Part shown: piece after piece, positions 1 through 11,975 of the stretch
How positions within the stretch are numbered: the first letter of the stretch is position 1
Layout of the letters: the number at the start of each line of letters is the position of its first letter
Origin: Gekko japonicus
Taxonomy: Eukaryota
Direction of reading: 5' to 3'
Length of the DNA: 64,000 nt
Assembly (NCBI RefSeq): GCF_001447785.1
Contig: NW_015171537.1
Span: 325,112-389,111, forward strand
The notes under the pieces: generated by a model
What the model saw: only the letters and a program-made list of their open reading frames with translations
The model's database searches: none
What the model was told of the DNA's origin: nothing
Program-made: the position numbers and the translations under genes

Positions 1-260
1 TTGCCATAAGTCAGCTGTGACTTGATGGCAGAAAGAAAGGAAGGAAAGAAAGAAAGAAAATATATGAAGCCTTATGCAGAATTGTGCAATTAGTGGATTC
101 CACTCAGTGCTGTCTGTTCTGACTGACTCTAGGTTTCCGAGCTCTCAAGATCACCGGAGACGTTCAATGCAAAGCTTAATCTCTCCCGCACCCTCACAGC
201 CAATCCTGCAAAGTCACTGATTTTCATGAGATCTGATTTGTTGTGAAAAGGGAAAAAAAA

Positions 261-430
261 TGTTGTCGAAGGCTTTCACGGCCGGAGTTCATTAATTGCC
301 GTAGATTTTCCGGGATGTGTGGCCGTGGTCTTGGCATTGTAGAACCTGACGTTTCTCCAGTTACTGGCAAAACGTCAGGTTCTACTATGCCAAGACCACG
401 GCCACACATCCCGGAAAATCTACAGCAACT
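261..430. mobile_element. Penelope-like element 3' remnant with inverted copy (fold-back hairpin)
   Basis: 66-bp inverted arms at 296-361 and 363-428 with 4 mismatches. ggc(g)aaacgtcagg...acggccacacatcccggaaaatc and the gccgtgaaagccttcgacaaca end resemble lizard Penelope terminal repeats. Confidence 0.75.
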
Positions 431-1199
431 AAAAAAAAATGATTTGGCTACTGAATTTTTTATCAATCGTTATTAGACACATGGACAATTTCAGAGTGTG
501 TGTGTGTATGTGTGTGCGTGTATATATATTCATTTTTGCAGGTGCCTCACCAACACTTATCTGATTTTATGGCTCTCAATAGCCATCATTTCCAGCGGCT
601 GCATTTCCTTTTAACCTCTGTGACTTCCCCATCTAACCCTTAATCCTCCGCCTTGGCTCACAGTGGCTTATTGTCTTTAGCAAACTCCAAAGCACGAGTT
701 GTGGGTTTTATCACCTCACCACAGGCTTTCCTTGAAAGTGTGATCTTTCTTAAAGGTGTCGCCCACTGTGAAATTGAACACGTTGAATCCGAGAGTAATT
801 GCAGGCCGTAAGAACTGCTGAAAACTGGGATGCGAGACATATAATTTACAGAGCTCTTTTTATCCGATACAGTTTATCATGTATAGCAGAAGTCACGTGC
901 TTTGTCTTAAAACTTCCACAAAATTCATAGTTGTCAAGGAGACCGGCAAGTATCAGCAAATGGATAGAGATTCTTGTTTGTACTTGCCTTGTCCTTGGCT
1001 GAAGTGGGGATTGTGGTTCCTGGAACACAAGGGCTCGCCTTCATTAATGGCTTGCTCATGATTTTGGCTGCTCATGTCTTACCTGTTGGCTCTCACGCGG
1101 CCCCACTTCCTGTGGCAGTACGTACAAGTCCTGCTTCTTCACATGTGTCATGTTGGGCTTCGAGCAGTATTCTGATTGCATGAAATTGCTGGGAAATCT

Positions 1200-1272
1200 G
1201 TTGAAAGGTGCCCCACTGGACTCTAATTTTGTACTACTGCTTCAGACCAACACGGCTGCCCACCTGGATCTA
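1200..1272 (+). mobile_element. Penelope-like 3' terminal fragment
   Basis: aaaggtgccccactggactc...cagaccaacacggctgcccacctg; same family as the copies at 2530-2640, 7735-7822 and 15220-15335. Confidence 0.5.
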
Positions 1273-1378
1273 CTACTTTTAGAAAGTTATTCTTTCCTTC
1301 TTTGAACATTCACTTCCATACTGCATCCCAAAATCATTCTGAAAATATGTCTTATGTCTAATCAATGTATTGTGTAAC

Positions 1379-2468
1379 TAGGACCATTTCTGCACAAGTG
1401 CAAACCTCTACATCGCTGTTCTTAAATAACTGAAATTTGTAAAACTTTCCACACAACTTTTTGCCTTCGCAGGAATAGATCCAAATTTAGTGCCCTGTTA
1501 CCCTGTGTTTTCCAAATCCACTTTCCCCACAATTTTTCTCCTTCGGATCTGAACTAGCAGTTTTCCATTTGAGGAATTCCCAATTTTGATTTTTTTTTCG
1601 CACCCACCTTTTGTGTGGTCAGTGTCACATGTTCACCTTCCACCCACCCACCCCCTGCCTCCCTCAGGTTGTCCCTTGAGCAATCTGCTATTTTTAAGCA
1701 TAATTTTGATTGTGTTACAACACATTTTTTGCCTTTATAATATAGCAATGTTATAATGTTGGGACAAAATGGGCAGCAACATTTCATGTAGTGTTCTCCA
1801 TGCACTTAACCATCTATGAAGTCCCTTTCCTTTCATTTTTTTGGGGGTGGGTAGGTTTTGGGGACACACACTTGTGTTGTTTCTTCATCCCCCCTCTTCC
1901 CCTATAGCTCCTGGTGTGTTTTCTTCCTTTAACAATGTTATGATGTTACAACATTACTGCATATGCAAAAAAAAAAAGGAGGTTCCATCGCTGACAAAGT
2001 ACATGGGGACACATTTAGCATGCTTCATAATTATTGAATAACACTGTTATGAATTGGTGTATTCGGTTTGACAATCGCCAGCCATTTTCTTAGTTGGTGA
2101 CTAAGAAGGAGCGAGGGATCTTTGAAATGGCAGCAGCCATGCTGTTCCCAACAATACACCCAACCTTTTTAAAAACAGTGTTATGATGTTATAACATTAC
2201 TGCACATATGCAAAAAAAGAAAAGGTTCTGTTGCTGATGAAGTACATGACAAGTTGACATGGCCATACAACCCCTTTATTGACATGGCCATACAACCCCT
2301 TTTCAAAGGAAGTGCGGAACACATGGGGAGGGTCAGATCCGAATTCAAGGGAAAAAACCCCTGGGATAAATGCCCTTTTGCGGAAGGGGTGACACAGAGT
2401 TGGAGCATCAGCTGGGGATTCAACGTGCCGGGAAACAGCAGCAACATTGAAGTGCAGAAAAGGCCTAG
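1379..2468. mobile_element. Probable non-autonomous DNA transposon (PIF/Harbinger-like) with internal repeats
   Basis: Imperfect TIRs taggaccatttctgcac / gtgcagaaaaggccta; internal inverted ttcggatctga / tcagatccgaa; direct repeats at 1930-2005 vs 2173-2248. Confidence 0.45.
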
Positions 2469-2473
2469 CTTTC

Positions 2474-2640
2474 TGGTTTGAGTCCAGTAGCACATTAAAG
2501 ACCAAAAAGATTTCCAGGTATTTCTCTTTGGGAGCTTTGACTCTCAGAAGCTTATACCCTGGAAATCTTGTTGGTCTTTAACATGCTGCTGGACTCAAAT
2601 CTTGCTCCAAAGACCAATGTTGGCTACCCACCTGAAGGCT
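2474..2640. mobile_element. Penelope-like remnant with inverted duplication
   Basis: Arm 2477-2521 is the reverse complement of 2554-2599; contains the gggagctttgactctc...gcttatacc stem remnant. Confidence 0.6.
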
Positions 2641-4139
2641 TTTCCCAGCTTTTCCGCTAGAGATCCTTTAGCTGGAGATGGGGTTGAGTGCTGACCTTCT
2701 ACATGCAAAGCATATGTGCTGCCCATCATTGCATAACATTGATTAAGATATGAAGCTGCTGTATATTGTTGAATTAGACTATTGATCTGTTTGATCCGTC
2801 TAGCTTAATAATTTTTGCTGCACTTCAAGGTCTTGCTCTTTAGCCATGCAACTGGACAGCTGTCAAGACTTGGAGAAGCCATGCAGAGCATCTGGGACTT
2901 CAGCATGCAAAGCACTGAGTTGTAGCTCCTCTGTACTCTCCGGTCAGTTTCAAAAGTGCAGTGCAAGCCGTGGTGGTGGCAGTGATGGGATACTGTTCAA
3001 GGAACATGTCTAAAAGTCCTTTAGGCACTTGTGAATTCACACACACACACACCATTTCCTACTGGCTAATAAATTCCACATAAACTATGTTGTCTCCTGC
3101 AGAATCTGAGATTTTTGTTTTGAGTCCCTGTTTAAATGTATGGTCCTTCCATTTGCCTATATAAGAAGATGCTGGCGCAATTGGAAGCCTTTGGAATGCT
3201 TGCTTTCTTGCCTTTGGTGGAGATACTACAACTACCATGTTCCCTCCCTTCTCATTTCCCGTTCCCCTGTTCTAGTCTTATGGAGCTTCGGAATAAGCGC
3301 CTAATGAGAAGATTCATTCTTCCGAACAGATGAACAGCCCTCTTAAGTCCATTAGGGACTAAGATCCATACCCCTGCAGACTTTTTGGGTTCCCTCTGGT
3401 TGGCCTGTGTTCTTGAATTAAACACAATGTTAGATGATGCTGGCAGCCTTCTTGGTACAGTCTCATTTGTGAAGGATAATGCTCCTTGGCCAGCATTTTG
3501 TGAAACACAGTTTTAAAGACCTCCCTGAAACCAAATATAGCTATGTAGAACACTTGAGGATTTGAAAGGAGATATTTTGCAAGGGGAGAGTACTTCCCCC
3601 CCCAGCATACGCTCTTGTGATCAAATCTTTCTTTCCATCTCTGACATAAAGATTAAAGTCTCTCCTTTGAGTGAAACTGACCTTAAAGGGCATGCATTAG
3701 CGGCAGAACTTATCAGCATCTGTTCTCCATGTTTATTCTCAGCATAAATCCAAGCAAGTAATGCAGGCTTGACAGGGTAAAATGAGATCAGCTGTAGGGA
3801 AGCAGCTGCAACCGCCTTGTGTTAGCAAACGGGTGAAATTGTAGCAGGCAGGTGATATCTTTTTTTGCATTGGCAACAGTGCTAACCAGCAATTGGAACT
3901 TTTCTGTAAATGAGGTTGTGCATCCAGACAGCATCATGGGCAGATAATTTTTAGAGTTCTCAGTCGCATGTGAAGTCTCATTTCTGGTATATCACCTTGA
4001 AAGGATGACACAAGTTAGAATGCAGTAGTTTTAAAGAACATGAGAGCTGAGAATAAGAGTAGTTGTGTGCAAGAGGTTTCCATAAAAATGTAGGAACTGT
4101 CACACAAGTATTTGGGTTGCAGTAAGCATTTGATGCCCT

Positions 4140-4322
4140 GGCCTGGATAGCCCAGGCTAGGCTGATCTCATCAGATCTTGGAAACTAAACCAGGTCAGCC
4201 CTGGTTAATACTTGGATGGGAGACTATCCAAGAAGCTCAGGGTTGCTATTCAGGGACAGGCAATGGGAGGCTACCTCTGCCTCTTACTACAAGGTCACCA
4301 TAAGTTGGCTGCAAATTGACTG
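4140..4322 (+). mobile_element. 5S rRNA-derived SINE with RTE/BovB-like tail
   Basis: ctgatctcatcagatcttggaaactaaaccaggtcagccctggttaatacttggatgggagac matches the 5S internal control region. The tail ggcaatgg...ggtcaccataagt...tgac also occurs at window positions 1-30. Confidence 0.75.
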
Positions 4323-6867
4323 GGGGGATTTGATCAGCAGCTGCTACGTACTGAGGTTTTCACACTTCTTAAGCATGCCATAGGTAAAAGTCTAGAAGCA
4401 TTCCTGAAATAATCTTTTTTTTGGGGGGGGGATTCTGGAAACATAGTGTCTTCAGGCATTGGGTTGGATCCAGGCTAAATTGGGCATTTTTTGCTGATTT
4501 CCCTTTCCCTGTAGAGTCTTGCCAACTCCAGCTTGGGAAATTCCTGGAGATTTTGGGAATGTGCTTGAAGAAGGTGGGATTTGGGGAGGGAACTCAGCAG
4601 GGTAGTGATGCCATAGAGTTTCTTCTCCAAAGCTGCCATATTCTCTATGGGAACTGACCTCTGTGCTCTAGAGATTGTGTGTAATTCCAGAAGAACCCAA
4701 ACCACATTTGGAGGTTGGCAATCCTTACCCCCTCCCCCCCCCCCGGTCATCCGCAGAGTCCCCTGTCCCCCAACAGCAGCATTTTCTGGAGATCAGTACA
4801 CTGAAATGGGAGAGAAAAGGCAGGAATTTTCCATTTTTCCTTTGGAAGTTTAGTCTGGATCCAGCCTATTGGTCACAATCACAAGATGCCTGACTGGCTG
4901 CTATTGAATTGCCAGTGGCAGCCAGATTATGACATTAGTACGTAGCTGGACACAATTCAGTAGCATGATGAAAAAGTAGCAGGTAAACCAAGATCTATCT
5001 CACCCCATATTGTACTGGATACTGAGCAGGGTTCTGAAGAGGCATGGGAAACTTTTCAGAGCTTCTCATAGAACTAGGGAAAGACCAGCATCATTCACAA
5101 CTGGAACATCCAGGATTCGGCTGAAAACAACCACTGTCTACAGTTGTCTACAGACACTGAGATGCATCTCTCTCTTTCTTTGGTGAAATTCTTTGCATTG
5201 GACGTGAAAACCATGTCAGTTTTATTCCAGCAGTAATTGTGATGACCACATCAGGACTTGTACCTCCCTGTAGCCCTTCAACCAACCAGAGGTCCTAGGA
5301 CTGAGCTGTTGGTTTGCAAATTATCAGTAGGTTTTCTGTCTGATCTTTTGATATGACCAATCTGGTAGCTGGATTACTGTGGGTGTCAGCTGCCTTACAG
5401 GCTCCCACCCATCCAAAGGGTTGAAAGCTAATTCTATCTCCTTCCCCTGAAACTGAGAGTCCTTGCTCCCATTCCAAGAGGGCTGTAGATGGGTTTGAGA
5501 ATTGATAACTCTATGTGTCTTACAAGGAATTTATAGAACACCCCCAAGGCCCAAAGTCCTCAGTTTGAGAAGATACTGCCCTGCTTCTTGCCCAGGTGGT
5601 TCTTAGTTGAGAAAGGACTAGATTGGGGCTTGGAACCTTGCAGCCCTCTGCCATTGATTTGGGCCCCAGTGCACTTTCTGGAACCTCAAATACTTGTTTG
5701 CATAGAATGCCAAAGGAACACATTTATTTGCTTAAAATAATAATTAAAAAGTACACTGCATTCTGTTTGCTTTGTGCTAAAAAAAATGACTCGCTGCAGC
5801 TCAGATATGAGTTTTGTGTTTGCTTTCAGGTTTGACATGATTTTGGCATGAACTGGTATGTTAATGGTGGGAAGCATGTGAGTGAAGTGACTGAGGAGCA
5901 TGCCTGAGAGGACACAAGTGAAGGTTAGCGAAGTAGACCTGAGCATTTCCCTCCCTTGAATGTGGAATATACTGCAACGTGCTCTTCCGGGCATCATAAC
6001 AACTAGCTGCTTTCTGTATCCATTTTTCTTAGGGATATGTGCCGGCACACGGATTCTGAGCCAGCTATGTAATTCTACACAAATATGGTATGTGTAGAAT
6101 CATGGGAAACAAACAGCTCCATAGAAGATCCCTGGGGCAAGGAATGTGCAAACATTCAAAGCCATCAATTGAGAAAGGCCTCGAGTGTCTCCTTTCACAC
6201 CCCTCTGGTTCCTTCGGGCTCAGTGACTTTGTTCGGAGAACTTGCCTGTCTCCTTCTCCAAAACAACCTTTGTTCTGAAAGTCCTCCGGGCATGACAGGC
6301 AGTCCTCCCTGGTTCACTGTCATGGCTCTTGACAGGCCCTCATGTTTGAATAATAAAGCCTCTAATGTGTCCAAGCTCTCTGTGTAAGAAACCTCTTTCT
6401 CTTTGGCAGAGGTGTACTGCTAACTTGTTCATCTCTGTTGAAAGCCCAGTTAACATTTCATACCTTTAGTGACTCATTGATACTCGCCAGTCCTTGTCTT
6501 GGTGGTTGTAGCAGTGATAACTTAGAACTTGCTGGCTTGTATTCGGGAAACTGCCCCTCCTTCGCCCCAAGTTAGTAATGAGGGTGGGACTCAAAAAAGA
6601 GTAATAGTTAAGGGTTCTGTCCTAAGCAGAATTGCACTCTTCTAAGCCCAGTGGTCTGAATGGACTTAGAAGGAGGTTATGCCATTTAGGATTTCCTGGT
6701 AACCCACACAGACACAGTTGCATTATTCCTTGAGTAATGAAGCATCTTTATGATAATAACAATAATTAATAATAATCATATGGCAGTGTGTGTAGTATAG
6801 CCAGGAGATCTTAAGATTATCTGGCAGCCAGAAGTTCTAGCTCTTTTAGTGTTATGCACCACTAGGT

Positions 6868-7034
6868 GGTGACCAAGACTTGTTTTTAAGGCAAGAGATG
6901 TTTCGGAGGTGGTTTGCCATTGCCTGCCTCCATGTCATGTCCCTGGTATTCCTTGGAGGTCTTCCTTCCAAATACTAGCCAAGAACGACCTTACATAGCT
7001 TCCATGATCTGACAAGATCCGGCTAGTCTGGGTT
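6868..7034 (-). mobile_element. 5S rRNA-derived SINE
   Basis: Reverse complement reads gatcttgtcagatcatggaagcta...ctagtatttggaaggaagacctccaaggaataccaggg, then ggcaatggcaaaccacctc. Confidence 0.7.
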
Positions 7035-7431
7035 TATCAAGATGCAAGCCAATATTCTTGGTACATCTTTCAGATACTTTTTACCTACTGGTTAAACAAC
7101 AGGAAAGTTAGCAGGTAAGAAGAATAAATTGTGTCTTAAAAATGGCAGCCTACCAAGTTAAAATCTTTTCTTTGTTGGGAGAAGGGGGCACAATTCCCTG
7201 AGTCATTTCTTGGCAGCAAATACAGTCATACCAGGAAGGAGAGATTCCGTAAGCCGCTTCCTAATTTGCATTGTTTCTGACTGCTATGCTTTGTGAACAT
7301 GAGGTGCATGTTATGAAGACCTTGCTTTTTATTTATTAGATGGAGCCACCATTGTCTCATGTCCTAGAGCTTTTGAATGTATTTATGCATCACAATAAAC
7401 TATTTATAAACTGTTTGATCAAGCCCCGATT

Positions 7432-7575
7432 AGACTGCATCCATACATCATTGGATATTGTGCTATAGCAGTCCTCCACAACTGCATTGTCTCATCCACA
7501 CAGGAAAATGCAGTTGCAAATTATTGCAATAGCACAAACATAGCACAATAACAAATGATGTGTGGATGCAGTTTT
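7432..7575. mobile_element. Short palindromic MITE
   Basis: actgcatccatacatcatt...attgtgcta vs tagcacaat...aatgatgtgtggatgcagt inverted arms. Confidence 0.6.
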
Positions 7576-7734
7576 AGTTAAGATGTCTGAGTGCAAGGAG
7601 CTGAATAAAGCAAGGTCTGTTGGTTGACAATGAACTTGGCATATCAACTGTGGGATGTAGCTGGTTTGGAACTAGAAATCCCAGTTTATACTATCTGTGA
7701 TTTGTTCTGGTAGCTGAACCTGTAAACCACAACA

Positions 7735-7822
7735 AATTCAGAGTCCAGTGGCACCTTTAAGACCAGCAAAGGTTTATTCAAGGTATGAGCTTTCATGTGC
7801 ACGCACACTTTATCAAATATGT
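7735..7822 (-). mobile_element. Penelope-like terminal fragment with degenerate minimal hammerhead motif
   Basis: Minus strand: atat-TTGATAA-agtgtgc-gt-gcacat-GAAA-gctc-atac, then ttggtcttaaaggtgccactggactc-type family tail. Confidence 0.6.
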
Positions 7823-7968
7823 TAGAATGGCAGAAGGTTCAAACTTATAGCCAGAGAATGAACAGCAAATTAACATGCAACATGATGATGTTCAAGATAT
7901 GCAAAGTGACACTAAATAACCAGTTAAGGTTATAGGGTCAACTGTTCTAAAACAATAAATATGGCATA

Positions 7969-8304
7969 AAAGGTAAAGGTTCCCTTGCTCGAAAGCCAGT
8001 CGAATCCGACTCTAGGGTTGCGGTGCTCATCTCCGAAGAGCCAGCGCTGTCCGAAGACGTTTCCATGGTCATGTAGCCGGCATGACTAAACACCAAGGCG
8101 CACGGAACGCTGTTCCCTTCCCACCGAAGTGGTACCTATTTATCTCCTTGCAATTTCTTGCTTTCGAACTGCTAGTTTGGCAGGAGTTGGAACTAGAGAT
8201 GGGAGCTCACTCCATCATGCGGCACCTGGGTCTCGAACTGCTGAACTACTGACCTTCCACAGCCTGCAGTTCAGCTTCTTAACCACTTGAGCCACCACAG
8301 CTCC
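7969..8304 (-). mobile_element. Sauria SINE
   Basis: (acctt/tacct) tail and BovB-like 3' segment; perfect 13-bp TSD taaatatggcata (7956-7968 / 8305-8317). Confidence 0.92.
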
Positions 8305-8699
8305 TAAATATGGCATACTAGCAGATAAATGTCTAATTGTGGGAAGTGGCTGGGAATCTTCATTCTCAGTTTTAGTAGCACTTCCACAGAGACATTGAGG
8401 TGCAAAAGAGGCCAAAATCAGACAAACCAGGATTTGCTACTTATGACGTGCACAAACCAAAGTTCATTACATATTTAATCAAGCCACAGTTTATCATGAG
8501 ATCTGTAATGTAGTTCTTGCCCACTATCTCACTGGTCTTGGACAGCTGGGCACAGCCTTGGTTTCCCTTTAGGCACAGTTGCTGTGCTGTTCCACCTAAT
8601 CTGAGGAAAGAGAAGAAAAACTGAATTGCATTCCAAAATGTGGACCCTGTCATAGGTAGCTGGGGCTTGATTCAGTCGCTAGAGCCAGGCTGATGACTT

Positions 8700-8945
8700 A
8701 GTCAGTGTGGTGTACTGGTGAGAGTGTTGGATTAGGATGTGGGAGGCCCTGGTTTGAATCCCTGCTCTGCCACAGAAGCTTGCTGGGTGACCTTGGGCCA
8801 CTTACAGCCTAACCTACCTCAGCCTAACCTACCTCAGCCTAACCTACATCACAGAGTTGTTAGGAGGATAAAATGGAGGCGAAGGAGAATGATGTAAGCT
8901 GCTTTGAGTCCCCACTGGGAAGGAGATGAAGTAAATTAATAAATG
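8700..8945 (+). mobile_element. Older tRNA-derived SINE (Squam3/MIR-like)
   Basis: tggtgtactggt A box, ggtttgaatccc B box, gtgaccttgggc and cagcctaacctacctc core (locally triplicated), taaat tail. Related decayed copies at ~15345, ~21110(-), ~36585, ~39945(-), ~46005(-), ~46985. Confidence 0.7.
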
Positions 8946-9185
8946 GACAATTGTTTGCAGAAACCACTATCCATTCAAGACCCAGGAAGAGCCTTGTTGT
9001 TGTTGTTGTTGTTTTAAGTGAATTTCCTGTTGCCAGTTGAGAGTGAGTGGTGACAGAGGTTTCCTTCTGAACTTGTAGTCCATCCACCATTCACACATAA
9101 CTGCAAACAATGGCTTGGTTCTTTTTAAACATGTCTTGAAAGAACACAGAGTTTGTTGCATGATCCTTCCTTTCCCCTATGCTTA

Positions 9186-9528
9186 AAGGTAAAGGTAAAA
9201 GTAAAGGTTTCCCTTGCTCGAAAGCCAGTCGAATCCGACTCTAGAGGCCAGTGCTCATCTCTGTTTCCAAGCCTAAGAGCCAGCGCTGTCCGAAGATATT
9301 TCCGTGGTCATGTGGCCGGCATGACTAGATGCCGAGGTGCATGGAACGCTGTTACCTTCCCACCGAAGTGGTACCTATTTATCTACTTGCAATTTCTTAC
9401 TTTCGAACTGCTGGCTGGCCAGAGACGGGAGCTCACTCTGTCATGCGGCACTCGAGTCTCGAACTGCCAAACTACAGACCTTCTGGCCTGCAGTTCAGCG
9501 TCTTAACCTCTGAGCCACCGCAGCCCCC
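9186..9528 (-). mobile_element. Sauria SINE
   Basis: Homologous to 7969-8304; TSD tcccctatgctta / tcccctgtactta. Confidence 0.9.
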
Positions 9529-9861
9529 TCCCCTGTACTTACATGCTGCTAATTCATCCCTTCTGGATTTTTGCTCTAGTCCTGCAAACTGGGAATCAGC
9601 CATTGTTTGGGCCCTTGGTTTGCTAGATCAACACACATCACAGGGTGCCAGTTTGGATGCTATGGTATCACTCCGGTTTACCAAAAAAGCTTTAAATAAT
9701 TGTTGTGTGCTGTGCAAGGGCGGGAGAGAGGCAGAGGAGGGATTCTGCAGACAAATCTGAGGAGGCTCCTTAGAGGCTTCGGGTCACCAGCACCATTTTT
9801 GACCTGTTTGTTTCCACAATGGGTGGGTGAAGCATGCGTCATGTACCCTGCAATCAACAGA

Positions 9862-10128
9862 GAAGAAGAGGAGGAGGAGATTGGATTTGTACTCCACCCT
9901 TCACTCAGAGTGGCTTACAAACTCCTTTCCCTTCCCCTCCCCACAACAGACACCCTGTGAGGTAGGTGGGGCTGAGAGAGCTCTGACAGAACTGCCCTTT
10001 CAAGGACAGCTCTGACAGAACTATGGCTTGCCCAAGGTCATCCAACAGCTGCATGTGGAGGAGTGGGAAATCAAACCCGGTTCTCCCAGATTAGAGTCCG
10101 CGCACTTAACCACTACACCAAACTGGCT
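9862..10128 (-). mobile_element. tRNA-derived SINE (Squam3-like)
   Basis: Reverse complement starts ccagtttggtgtagtggttaagtgcgcggactctaatctgggagaaccgggtttgatttcccac; ctt/ctc simple tail; near-identical to 27417-27696. Confidence 0.85.
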
Positions 10129-10374
10129 AAATTGATTTGTAGTATATCCAGTCCTGGATCCATAGTCTTTGGAACCGCTGTTTACAGTAACTCAGGCTGC
10201 AATCATACACACAATTAGACCCGACATAGGTGTGAATGCTGGGTGGATTTAAAGGGTGGGATCAGACAACAACATCTGGGAAGCACCCCACAGCCGTCAG
10301 CAACCTGTTCTGCTCTGCCACAGAAGTGGAGTTAAAAGACACCAGGGGAAATCTAGTAGTAAACGGGTTGTGAC

Positions 10375-10581
10375 CATTGTTCCCTCTAAGCTGATTTAGT
10401 GTAAGTTAGCTCACAGTTTTTTAGCATCTGGTTCACATATTTTTTGTCTTAGCTGAGGAAGGATGGCTCCAGAGCAAACTCATTTATGCAGTAGCCAAAT
10501 CGCTCGCTCACAACTTTAATGCCAGTAGCTCACAAAGTAGAATTTTTGCTCAGAAGACTCCACAACTTAGAGGGAACATTG
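10375..10581. mobile_element. hAT-type MITE
   Basis: 16-bp TIRs cattgttccctctaag / cttagagggaacattg; 8-bp TSD gttgtgac / gtcgcgac; opposite-orientation sister copy at 50742-50947. Confidence 0.9.
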
Positions 10582-11824
10582 GTCGCGACGGGCCATGGAT
10601 GAACTTTCCCGTGTCTGATCGCTCCAGTGCACTCTCATGGTGTCGGGATGGTCTGATCAGGCCATCCCAACTCCATGCCGTTGTTCCCCCCTTCACAGTA
10701 TGTGCATCATCACAAACTCCATAGGGAGCCTTTGGTGTGGACGTGTGATTCATTGATTCCCCATTTAAGCGCATGGGAAAAATGGCACAAAAAAGACTCG
10801 CAGTTGCGTCTGATCACACACTGATGGACTGCACCCACAGCTTCAAAGGGAGGTGTGATTGTACAACTGCAGGTCAAATTCCTCCGGAGGAAATAGCCTT
10901 CCTCCCCCCCCCCCATTTTTTCTGGCGCATGTGGCCACAACCATAAATACAGGACTGCATTTGGGAGAACTGATTCCCCGGTTGTTAGTCTTAGACCTGG
11001 GTTCAAATACATCCCTGCTCAGCTGTGAACCTGCTGGCTGACCTGGAGCAAATCATTCTCTCTTCCCCACCATTAGTAGAACAGGAGTAACTGTGGCCAA
11101 TTTAAGGCTGTTCCGATAATTAAATAAGCAGGGCTGCTGTTCATATGGGCAATGGACAATTGCTGTGTGCTCTGCCCTGTAAGAAGAAAATTAAGACTGT
11201 ACAGCACTATAAATGTTACTGCTACTTGAATGCTCCTCATTCTCCCATAGCCACTGTGCCCCCCCCCATATGTGCACATGACATACTACCCCCTGTTTGC
11301 TTTGTCAAGAAGTGACGTGCATTTTGCTCTAGCTAGCCGTGCACGCTGAGTCTGAGCAGTGGAGCTGGCAATATTTTGTTAGAGGCAAATTAACAAAAAA
11401 AATGTCAGTGGGCAGCTGTAGCCTCCCTCTTAGTGATTCAGGGCACAGAAAACTGCCCATTGGGGTAAAATGCAGCAAATAATACATGTTTCAACTCTGG
11501 AGCGTTCATTTGGCTGGAGGCATTGTGGAAATTGTTCTGTGTTCTGCAAATATACAACCCTAGGTCCTCCCTATGATAAATGTGCCTGTGCTATACTACT
11601 TCAGTATGTGGGGGCTCACACGATGGAATGCTATCCCCCCAGTCCCTTCACATAGAAGCCTGGGAAGTCAAGGAGACAGCTTGAATTGAATCCCTCTATC
11701 TGACTTGCAAGGTGTTTCACCACCCTACCCTCCGTGTACACAAATTAGTCATGTGTGTCCTTTGAAATTTATGGCAAAGCACACCTTCCAGCGTGAGTAG
11801 CTTAAATCTTTCTTCTTCTCCAAG

Positions 11825-11975
11825 GGAAGAAGCGATGCTGTCCACCTACTTTGAAACCATCAATGATCTGCTCTCGTCTTTCGGGCCAGTCCGAGACTGC
11901 TCGCGAAACAATGGTGGCTGCACCCGCAACTTCAAGTGTGTGTCGGACCGTCAAGTGGACTCAACAGGTTGTGTG
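11825..11975 (+). CDS. ASTN2: Astrotactin-2 internal coding exon A, (R)[50 protein letters not shown]
   Basis: Acceptor ttcttcttctccaAG at 11823-24, donor GTatgt at 11976; 151 nt, phase 2 to phase 0. The peptide matches recalled ASTN2 (not ASTN1) and begins an EGF-like module. Confidence 0.96.

Noticed and set aside
4140-4250. Functional 5S rRNA gene
   Set aside because: Lacks the 5S 5' end, is diverged, and continues into a SINE tail.
5859-6455. Solo LTR (tgttaa...ttaaca, aataaa)
   Set aside because: No matching TSD and no second copy in the window; remains possible but unsupported.
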